Origin: Chloroflexota bacterium
GTDB taxonomy: Bacteria; Chloroflexota; Dehalococcoidia; JACVQG01
Direction: 5' to 3'
DNA: 50,169 nucleotides
NCBI GenBank assembly: GCA_016210545.1
Contig: JACQTY010000166.1
Coordinates: 1 to 50,169 of the forward strand
Shown here: one piece after another, positions 1 to 7,677 of the stretch
Layout: each line of letters opens with the position of its first letter
How positions within the stretch are numbered: the first letter of the stretch is position 1
Position numbers and translations under genes: made by a program
Notes under the pieces: generated by a model
Database searches by the model: none
Told to the model about the DNA's origin: nothing
What the model saw: only the letters and a program-made list of their open reading frames with translations

Positions 1-155
1 CAATGACGGGGGTTGTTTGTTTTCAGAGCAGTAACCGCGACCAATGTCCCACAACCCCGAAATCCCCCTGTGTCCAGCAACCCAGGATATGGGTAAGGGT
101 CAGTTTACTAAAGGGGGAGGCTCCGATTCGTGCGTGATGAATCGGAGCGGGGGAT

Positions 156-1412
156 TTAGCTGGTTTCTAGCTCCGCCAGCCACTCTCTCACCAGGCCCGC
201 CTCATCGTCACGCGTTGGCGCCTCCCCGTCCAGTTTGGCCGCAAGCAAACGGTCCAGCAACCCGCCGAGCCGCGGCCCAGGCGCCAGGCCCATCTCCATG
301 AGGTCGCTCCCCTTCAGAGATACCTTTACATATCGCAGCTTGTCCAGGTAAAGGCGCAGCTTCTCCTGCACCTGGGACGAGCCGCCGACCAGGGCGTTGG
401 CCAGGATAGCCGTCGGCGAATGGCCCCCCAGCAGGCGATAGATACCGCTGGTGCGCTCAGCGCGGGCCAGGAGCGGCAGCTTCTTCTTGACCTCAAGCGT
501 ATCCCGCATCGCCTGGGCCGTCTTCGCCGGGAAGCGTAACCGGGCGATGAACCGCTCAAGCCAAGTCGGCTCCTGCAGGTATGCCAGCAGGCACAGGTAT
601 AGCGTCGGCGAAGGCCCGACCTGTCTCGCCAGCCCAAAGCGGGCCTCAAGCCCCTCGTCCAGACCCCAGGTAAGCAATCGGGAGAGGGCGCCAACGTCCT
701 CCAGCCGCCACAACACCTTCTCCGGGTATGGCTCTCGCAAAATAAGCTCCAGCTCGCGACGCAGCCGGTCGGCGGAGATAGTGTCCAGCATGGCCACGTC
801 CCGCCGCATAAGCTCCGCTGTTCTCTCTTCAAGGCAGAACTCCAGGCGTTGCTCGTAGCGGACCGCCCGCAGGATGCGAGTGGCGTCGTCCACAAAGCTC
901 CCGGGGTGAAGAACGCGGATGAGGCGAGCTTCCAGGTCCTTCAGGCCTCCGTGAGGGTCCACCAGCTCACCTAAGGGTCCCGGTTCCACCTTGAAGGCCA
1001 GGGCATTGATAGTAAAGTCGCGACGGAAGAGGTCGTCGGTGAGATTGCCGGGCTGCACCACGGGGAGAGCGCCGGGGCGCGGGTACTCCTCGCGGCGGGC
1101 AGTGACCACATCCAGTACCCATCCCTCGGAGTAGAGCTTGGCCGTCCCGAAGCGAGAGTGGACCACTAACCTGGCATCCAGACCTGCCGCGAGCCGCCGG
1201 ACCACCTCCACGGCATTCCCTTCCACCACCAGGTCCAGGTCGAGGGTAGGCCGGCCCAGCAGAAGATCGCGCACCGCCCCGCCAACCACGTGCAGTTTGA
1301 CACCCAGGTCGCGGGCTATTTCCCCGGAGGCCTCCACCAGGGACAACATGGAGGCGGGCCAGCGCTCGCGGATGAGGGGCAACAAATCAGACGGTGGACG
1401 TGCTGTCGGCAT
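156..1412 (-). CDS. cca: CCA tRNA nucleotidyltransferase / poly(A) polymerase family
   Basis: VGGAVRDLLLG..DLDLVV, RRDFTINALA and SFVDDATRILRAVRY motifs; start moved to ATG 1412, downstream of an extended -10 (TGTTATAAT). Confidence 0.88.
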   Translation of the reverse strand: MPTARPPSDLLPLIRERWPASMLSLVEASGEIARDLGVKLHVVGGAVRDLLLGRPTLDLDLVVEGNAVEVVRRLAAGLDARLVVHSRFGTAKLYSEGWVLDVVTARREEYPRPGALPVVQPGNLTDDLFRRDFTINALAFKVEPGPLGELVDPHGGLKDLEARLIRVLHPGSFVDDATRILRAVRYEQRLEFCLEERTAELMRRDVAMLDTISADRLRRELELILREPYPEKVLWRLEDVGALSRLLTWGLDEGLEARFGLARQVGPSPTLYLCLLAYLQEPTWLERFIARLRFPAKTAQAMRDTLEVKKKLPLLARAERTSGIYRLLGGHSPTAILANALVGGSSQVQEKLRLYLDKLRYVKVSLKGSDLMEMGLAPGPRLGGLLDRLLAAKLDGEAPTRDDEAGLVREWLAELETS

Positions 1413-1597
1413 AGCTTCACGTGGATTATAACACAGAAGCACCGGCCAGGAAGACACGCTATGTCTTGGATTCCGGGGTATGGCCAGGACCGAACTCAGG
1501 CCGGGGCATTGGGCGACGACAGATCTTCAGCGCACACGGCCAGCCCGTGTTGTCTGGAGCCTTTCCTGGCGCGGCAGGTTGGCGCCGAGGTCGGTCT

Positions 1598-2749
1598 TTA
1601 CGGTGCGGCCAGGAGAGAGGGAAGGAGGTCTTTAATGGAATTGATGGATATGGCGAAGCCTATAGACTCAATTGGCGTGCCTGTTTTTCCCCGGATTACC
1701 GCCCGGTTCATGCCGATAACCTCGCCCTGGGTGTTCAACAGGGGGCCGCCGCTATTGCCAGGGTTCAGCGGGGCGTCTATTTGGATCACGTCTACGCTTT
1801 TGTCTCTTCGTTTCGCTGAAACGACACCTTTGCTCAACGACGCCTGACCGGCCAGCGTGGAACCAAGGGCGTAGCCTATTGCCAGAACCTCATCCCCCAC
1901 AGCCGCTTTGTCGCTGTCGCCGAAGGCCAGGGAGGCATCGTGCTGGATATTCAACTTTACTACGGCCACGTCTCTGACCTCATCCCGAGCCACGACGTCG
2001 CCGACAAAGGAACGGCTGTCCCCCACCACCACCGTGACCTTCCCGTCGGCGCCAACAACATGCGCATTGGTCAGGATATGCCCCTCCGAGTCAAAGAAGA
2101 AACCTGAGCCGCTTCCCCTGGAGTTCCTGATCCTGACGACACACCTGCTGGCCTGCGCAAAGACCTCGGCCGTTGTGAGTAGCCTCGGGGACTCCCTGCT
2201 ATTGGAAGACTGAAGGAGCGTTAGCTGGGACCGGAGATCAAGCACCTGCCGGTTGAGAGTCCCATTTGAGCCATTCGCCTGAGACAACTCAGCTTTCAGG
2301 CTGTCGATTTGGCCATTCAGGGCACCGTTGGTCTGCCTGGCCTCGCTCAAGTTGCTGGCAAGGTCCGACACATCCTTCCTGTACAGCTCGAAAGAGGTCT
2401 GCAGGCTCGCCAGTTGCTTCTCCAGGTCTGTATTACGGCCCTGCGCCGCCGACAGTTCGGCCAAGAGGCCGTCCCGTTGGGAAACGACCTCTCCCGATCT
2501 CCCCTGCTCCCTGGACACTTCAGCGGTGAGACGGGTGACCTCTGTTTGCTGGGCGGCAAGCTGCCTTTGAGTTTTGTTCAACTGGGACCGGAGTTCCTCG
2601 TGGGCATCGCTAGAGACGCAGGCTGAGGAAGCTATTACGAGGACACCCACGATGAAAGCCAACGCCCTCAAGGACGGCCTGTCCAGGCGGAAGGCGCCTC
2701 CGTGGCTTCCACAGGGCTGAGAACCGGTTATCGCAGATGATGATGTCAT
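1598..2749 (-). CDS. Trypsin-like (S1C/HtrA-type) serine protease with N-terminal membrane/lipid anchor and coiled coil, no PDZ
   Basis: GSGFF, LTNAHVV, DVAVVK and LNPGNSGGPL catalytic triad motifs; hydrophobic segment ending SSAC; long heptad region; start uncertain (2749/2755/2818). Confidence 0.85.
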   Translation of the reverse strand: MTSSSAITGSQPCGSHGGAFRLDRPSLRALAFIVGVLVIASSACVSSDAHEELRSQLNKTQRQLAAQQTEVTRLTAEVSREQGRSGEVVSQRDGLLAELSAAQGRNTDLEKQLASLQTSFELYRKDVSDLASNLSEARQTNGALNGQIDSLKAELSQANGSNGTLNRQVLDLRSQLTLLQSSNSRESPRLLTTAEVFAQASRCVVRIRNSRGSGSGFFFDSEGHILTNAHVVGADGKVTVVVGDSRSFVGDVVARDEVRDVAVVKLNIQHDASLAFGDSDKAAVGDEVLAIGYALGSTLAGQASLSKGVVSAKRRDKSVDVIQIDAPLNPGNSGGPLLNTQGEVIGMNRAVIRGKTGTPIESIGFAISINSIKDLLPSLLAAP

Positions 2750-2842
2750 AAACATGCGGGTACATGTAACAGAAACATGCTTGGCGACCAATATAGCCGA
2801 AAGTCCGGGAAAAATCAAATCACTTACCCGAGCGGCCAGCCC

Positions 2843-2896
2843 GTAACCAAAAGTTCATCGGTCTGTAACATGTCTGAAATATTTCCCCGCTATTGT
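2843..2896 (+). promoter_or_regulatory. GlnR-box-like tandem site and -10 upstream of P-II-glnA
   Basis: GTAAC-n6-TTCAT-n6-GTAAC-n6-GAAAT at 2843-2880 followed by TATTGT at 2891-2896. Confidence 0.6.
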
Positions 2897-2925
2897 TGTA
2901 TATGTGTAAGCTGCAAAGAGGGCCA

Positions 2926-3261
2926 ATGAAGAAGATCGAGGCAATCATCCGCAGGGAACGTCTGGGACCGGTGCGCAAGGCCCTGGAGGCAGTCGGTTAC
3001 CCGGGAATGACCCTTACCGAGGTCAAAGGCCACGGCAGGCAGAAGGGCCGTCTCAACGGCCAGAGCGACACGGCCCGGTCGGAGTACCTGCCCAAACTCA
3101 AGCTGGAGATCGTAGTCGACGATGCGGAGGTGGCGCCGATCATGCGGGCGATCATGAGCAAAGCCCACACCGGTGAAATCGGCGACGGCAAGGTGTTCAT
3201 ATCCAGCATAGACACGGCAGTGCGGGTCAGGACTGGCGAAGAGGGCGAACAAGCCCTCTGA
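2926..3261 (+). CDS. glnB: P-II family nitrogen regulatory protein
   Basis: MKKIEAIIR, GHGRQKG, LPKLKLEIVV, TGEIGDGKVFI, VRVRTGEEG; directly upstream of glnA (glnB/glnK not distinguishable). Confidence 0.92.
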   Translation: MKKIEAIIRRERLGPVRKALEAVGYPGMTLTEVKGHGRQKGRLNGQSDTARSEYLPKLKLEIVVDDAEVAPIMRAIMSKAHTGEIGDGKVFISSIDTAVRVRTGEEGEQAL

Positions 3262-3306
3262 GACCCGAGACCCGCTTATCGCGGCAGCAATAAGAGGAGG
3301 CAAACA

Positions 3307-4773
3307 GTGACAACCACCAAGGGACCCGCCAGGAGGACGTCCAGAGACGTCCTGCAGTTGGTGGAAAGCAAGAACCTGCGCATGGTGGACCTCAAGTTCA
3401 TCGACCTTCCCGGGACATGGCAGCATTTCTCCATCCCGGCGACGGAGTTGAGCGAGGACCTGTTCACGGAAGGCATCGGGTTCGACGGCTCCAGCATCCG
3501 CGGGTTCCAGAAGATACACGAGAGCGACATGCTCCTGTTCCCCGACCCGACAACGGCCATTGTAGACGTGGGCTGCGACATGCCCACACTGAGCCTGGTG
3601 TGCAATGTCAAGGACCCGATGACCGGCCAGCCGTACAGTCGCGACCCCAGGTATGTGGCCCAGAAGGCGGAAGCCTACCTCAAGTCTACGGGCCTCGCCG
3701 ACGTTAGCTACTGGGGGCCGGAGCTGGAGCACTTCATATTCAGCAGCATCTCCTTCGACCAGACCAGCCACAGCGGCTACTATTTCATAGACTCCGAAGA
3801 GGGTATCTGGAACTCCGGCGAACAGGGCAACAAGAACTCAACCAACGGCCATGACCGCAACCTGGGCTACAGGCCACGCCACAAGGAAGGCTACTTCCCC
3901 GTCCCACCCATCGACAAGCTACAGGACCTGCGCTCAGAGATTGCCCTCAAGATGATAGACTCGGGCATCAACATCGAGGTGCATCACCACGAGGTGGCCA
4001 CCGCCGGTCAGGTAGAGCTGGACATGCGCTATGATACGCTGACCAAGATGGCCGACAATGTCCTGCTATTCAAATACATAACAAAGAACATGTGCCTGAA
4101 AAAGGGGTACACGGCGACATTCATGCCTAAGCCGCTGTTCCAGGATAATGGCTCCGGTATGCACGTCCATCAGAGCCTGTGGAAGAATGGCGTGAACCTT
4201 TTCTACGACGCCAAGGGCTACGCCCAGATCAGCCAGTTAGCCAAACACTACATCGCGGGGTTGCTGGCTCACTCGCCGGCTCTTCTGGCCCTGGCCGCCC
4301 CAACCACCAACTCTTATCGCCGCCTGGTGCCGGGCTACGAGGCCCCCATCAACCTGGTGTACTCGCAGCGCAACCGGAGCGCCTGTGTGCGCATCCCCAT
4401 GTATTCCACCAATCCCAAGACCAAGCGCATCGAGTACCGTTGCCCGGACGCCACGTCCAACCCTTACCTGGCCCTCCCGGCGATGCTCATGGCCGGCCTC
4501 GATGGCATCAAGAGAAAACTGGACCCGGGCACGCCGATAGATAAGGATATCTACGAGTTGCCGCCCGAGGAGAAGGCCAAGATCAAGTCCACGCCCGGTT
4601 CCCTGGGCGAGGTGCTGGACGCCCTGGAGAAGGACCATGCCTTCCTGCTGGAGGGCGGGGTCTTCACGCCGGACCTTATCGAGACCTGGATTGAGTACAA
4701 AAGGAAGAACGAGATGCAGCAGGTGGCCCTGCGGCCGCACCCGTACGAGTTCTACCTTTACTACGACGCCTAG
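3307..4773 (+). CDS. glnA: Glutamine synthetase type I (beta class)
   Basis: FDGSSIRGF, HHHEVATAGQ, TFMPKP, NGSGMHVHQS, RNRSACVRIP, adenylylation-site-like DIYELPPEE; GAGGAGG RBS before GTG. Confidence 0.97.
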   Translation: MTTTKGPARRTSRDVLQLVESKNLRMVDLKFIDLPGTWQHFSIPATELSEDLFTEGIGFDGSSIRGFQKIHESDMLLFPDPTTAIVDVGCDMPTLSLVCNVKDPMTGQPYSRDPRYVAQKAEAYLKSTGLADVSYWGPELEHFIFSSISFDQTSHSGYYFIDSEEGIWNSGEQGNKNSTNGHDRNLGYRPRHKEGYFPVPPIDKLQDLRSEIALKMIDSGINIEVHHHEVATAGQVELDMRYDTLTKMADNVLLFKYITKNMCLKKGYTATFMPKPLFQDNGSGMHVHQSLWKNGVNLFYDAKGYAQISQLAKHYIAGLLAHSPALLALAAPTTNSYRRLVPGYEAPINLVYSQRNRSACVRIPMYSTNPKTKRIEYRCPDATSNPYLALPAMLMAGLDGIKRKLDPGTPIDKDIYELPPEEKAKIKSTPGSLGEVLDALEKDHAFLLEGGVFTPDLIETWIEYKRKNEMQQVALRPHPYEFYLYYDA

Positions 4774-4793
4774 ACCAGGGTAACTGAAGGTTG

Positions 4794-4860
4794 TCATGAC
4801 CGGGGCCGTCCCCGATTGAACCGGGGGCGGCCCCGATCATGACGTGTTAACTCTTCTTTT
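4794..4860 (+). terminator. Hairpin downstream of glnA, probable intrinsic terminator
   Basis: GTCATGACCGGGGCCGTCCCCG-loop-CGGGGGCGGCCCCGATCATGAC followed by a T-rich tract. Confidence 0.65.
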
Positions 4861-5160
4861 CGGGCTTGGCGGCTGGAGTGGAGCATGCTTTTAGGCCACG
4901 GCGATCAACGCCAAAAGGCCAGACGCATCGCCATCCGTGTCTGCAGATACGGGCCGCCTTTCAAACTCAGAGTTTCAATTTGCACGCCGTTGCATGGGGC
5001 TAACCCAGCCATCTGAACGTGGAATGCACCCCGTAAGGGCGGGTTTGAACCTCCCCGACCACATTGCTCCGCTTGCGATAAGCGCCTGACCCCTGTATGA
5101 TAAACGCGGGGGGCAAAACCTCTTTCTGTGGGCAGTAAGAGCCACCCTGCTGGTGTACAC

Positions 5161-5688
5161 ATGGGCATTAGACGGTTTCTGAAGGGCAGCCACCGGCTCC
5201 GCCGGCTGCTCAGGGTCAAGACCAAGGGCCGGGCCTTCGCTGTCCTGGTCATAGTCGTCAGCATTGTCCTGGGGTACGTCTTCTTTCTCGCTAGCTGGCT
5301 TTCCGGGTTCTTCATAGCCAAGTGGCTATCTGGCCGAGACACGGGCAAACGGGGGATAGTGCCTTCCATCAAGCTGCCCCTGGGCCGCTACAGGCTCCAT
5401 CTGCACCACTGGTTCATATCATCGGTGTTAATGGCATGCACACTCATCGTGGGAGGCCTGGCCATCCCCGGGCAACTGTTCTACGGGATTGCCGCGGGAA
5501 TAACGTTCCAGGGGATCTACTCCTATAGAGACTGGCATACTATCATTGTACGACAGGTCAAGCGGACCGACGCCTCCATGCAGTCCATAACAAGCGGGCC
5601 GGGGCCGGGTCCAGCCCGCCACACGGACGTCTTCGCCGGGAACGCCCCCTCGCTCGTCGAAGGAGATAACGCTGACCATCCTGCATAA
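5161..5688 (+). CDS. Hypothetical membrane protein with HLHHW motif
   Basis: About 3 hydrophobic segments, HLHHWF and YSYRDW motifs; overlaps the start of the next gene. Confidence 0.65.
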   Translation: MGIRRFLKGSHRLRRLLRVKTKGRAFAVLVIVVSIVLGYVFFLASWLSGFFIAKWLSGRDTGKRGIVPSIKLPLGRYRLHLHHWFISSVLMACTLIVGGLAIPGQLFYGIAAGITFQGIYSYRDWHTIIVRQVKRTDASMQSITSGPGPGPARHTDVFAGNAPSLVEGDNADHPA

Positions 5689-6307
5689 CGGGGAAGTCCG
5701 TATCGAGCGCCTGGCCCTGGGGCCGTGGGACTCCAATTGCTATGTGGTGTCCGACCCTACCGGGAAAGACGCAGTCATTATCGACACGCCCGCCGACGCT
5801 GAAAAGATCCTTCAGGCCGTCGACGGCCTGGGCGTGAAATTCATCCTCATCACCCACGGGCATTCCGACCACCTGGGCGCGCTAAGCGAGGTCAAGGCGG
5901 CGCTGAACGTCCCTGTGGCAGTGCACCCCGAAGACGCCAGCCGCCTGCCTGTTTCTCCAGACATGATGCTGGAACACGGACAGTCGCTTCCCCTGGGCAA
6001 ACACAAGCTGAAGGTGGTCCATACCCCAGGCCACACGCCGGGCAGCGTCTGCTTTCTGCTGGCAGGTCACCTCTTTGCCGGCGACACCCTCTTCCCCAAC
6101 GGGCCGGGAAAGACCAACTCACCCCGGGACTTCGACGTCATCATGGAGTCGCTGGTGCATCAGGTGTTCGTCCTGCCCGGCGAGACCGTCGTTTACCCCG
6201 GCCACGGGGGGAGCACTATCCTGGGCAAAGAAAAGAAGCTGTTCGAGGCCTTCAGCAAGCGGCCGCGGAAACAGGGGTTGTGCGGGGACGTGGTGTGGAT
6301 GGCATAG
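5672..6307 (+). CDS. MBL-fold metallo-hydrolase (glyoxalase II/YcbL-like)
   Basis: THGHSDHLG, HTPGHTPGS, GDTLF, YPGHG; conserved N-terminus (LGPWDSNCY) extends upstream to an in-frame CTG at 5672 preceded by AGGAG. Confidence 0.9.
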   Translation: MTILHNGEVRIERLALGPWDSNCYVVSDPTGKDAVIIDTPADAEKILQAVDGLGVKFILITHGHSDHLGALSEVKAALNVPVAVHPEDASRLPVSPDMMLEHGQSLPLGKHKLKVVHTPGHTPGSVCFLLAGHLFAGDTLFPNGPGKTNSPRDFDVIMESLVHQVFVLPGETVVYPGHGGSTILGKEKKLFEAFSKRPRKQGLCGDVVWMA

Positions 6308-6815
6308 GCGCAGCTTCAACCCAGGCAAGCCGTAACTCCCAAAGCATCGGAACCACCTGAATCCGCCATCAAATCCCTCTCAATCTCCCTTTTCCAAAGG
6401 GAGAGATGGGTTGGCCGCCTATTTGCCGCAAGGCGCGCGCGGACCAAGGTGCTGCACCAGCCAGGTGAAGAATCGTTCCGTTTCGTGAGATTGAATAGGC
6501 GGCGGATTTTGGAACCATGATCATCCTTGACAGATGGCCGAAACCCCCCATCCCAATTCAGCGGGTGAATCACCCTGACAATCGTCTATCACTTCCAACG
6601 GGAGAATGCTCGGCGGAAGACCCAAAATGGGGCGCCAAAGGCGCCAAGCCCCTTGGCAAAGTCTAAATCCGATGCATCCGGATTCCTCTTGAATGGCCCG
6701 AAGGTCTACCCTTCTGGCTACAGACCCTTCGCCCAGCTCAGGGCCAGCTCTCGAGGGCGCAGCCTTGAACCCCCTTCCTGAGGCTAAGACACAATCAAGA
6801 TAGCAGGAGACGCAA

Positions 6816-7025
6816 ATGATCCAATTGCTATTCGCATTAGTCACGGTATTTGCCATCGGAATGCTGATAAGGTGGGGCGTCAGGAAGCGCAGGAAGCAGC
6901 ATTCAGCCGGCCCCGCTGCACCCCCAACCTCTACGGCTGCGCCACCGGCGTTCTGTCCCCAGTGCGGTCAGCCGGCCGGACCTGATTCCGAGTTTTGCGC
7001 CGGTTGCGGCTCCAAACTCAGATAA
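6816..7025 (+). CDS. Small membrane-anchored zinc-ribbon protein
   Basis: N-terminal TM helix, basic stretch, Pro/Ala linker, FCPQCG...FCAGCG; AGGAG RBS. Confidence 0.8.
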   Translation: MIQLLFALVTVFAIGMLIRWGVRKRRKQHSAGPAAPPTSTAAPPAFCPQCGQPAGPDSEFCAGCGSKLR

Positions 7026-7045
7026 TAATCCGAAGGAGCTGCCCG

Positions 7046-7624
7046 ATGTATTGTCCGAAATGCGGCGCATTAACTCAGGATGACTCACAATTCTGCCCTT
7101 CGTGCGGGGCCCCGGTTGCCCCACCCGCATGTCCCAATTGCGGACGTCCAATTAAGGCCGACGCGCGGTTTTGCGCCGGCTGCGGACAACAATTGACCGG
7201 CGGCCAGACGGCGCCGGGTCCGCGCCCCCCTTCTCCAGCGCCCGCAGGAATAGCCTCTGACCTGAAAGGGCTTGAGCCTGGAGAGGTTGTCCTGATGGAT
7301 ACCGGGTTTTTCCCGATAACCTATGTAAAGAACTTTGCCAGTTCAACCAACGGCAAGCTGTATCTCACCAACCGCCGGCTTGTTTTTAAGGCAGGTAAAC
7401 TCCAGGGGGTGGGCGGAGTGGCGGCGGGCGGCATCTTCGTCCCCAACCTGAAGGACGTCAACAAGTCGAAAGAGTTCTTTGCCATCGCCCTGTCTGACAT
7501 AACCGCGGTAGATACGGTATGGGCTGGTATAACCGTGAATGCGGCGGGACAGAAATATAAATTCGGCGGCATGCGCAAGACTAACGAATGGCAGGAAGCC
7601 ATCAGCAGGGCCATGAATAGTTAG
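7046..7624 (+). CDS. Double zinc-ribbon protein with C-terminal PH/GRAM-like domain
   Basis: Four CxxC motifs, then GKLYLTNRRLVF and IALSDITAV typical of PH/GRAM folds; AAGGAG RBS before ATG 7046. Confidence 0.8.
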   Translation: MYCPKCGALTQDDSQFCPSCGAPVAPPACPNCGRPIKADARFCAGCGQQLTGGQTAPGPRPPSPAPAGIASDLKGLEPGEVVLMDTGFFPITYVKNFASSTNGKLYLTNRRLVFKAGKLQGVGGVAAGGIFVPNLKDVNKSKEFFAIALSDITAVDTVWAGITVNAAGQKYKFGGMRKTNEWQEAISRAMNS

Positions 7625-7677
7625 TATTTCCAGAAACCCTTTGATATAATATGTAAAGTTGTTTGGAGAGGATGCGC

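Noticed and set aside
5030-5085. tRNA-like GGTTCAAACC T-arm on the minus strand
   Set aside because: No acceptor stem, D arm or anticodon arm; fits a degenerate REP palindrome (GTAAGGGCGGGTTTGAACCTCCCC).
6600-6790. c-di-GMP-I riboswitch upstream of the zinc-ribbon cluster
   Set aside because: GGCAAA is present but the GNRA/receptor stems and second GCAAA element are not; the region contains repeat fragments.
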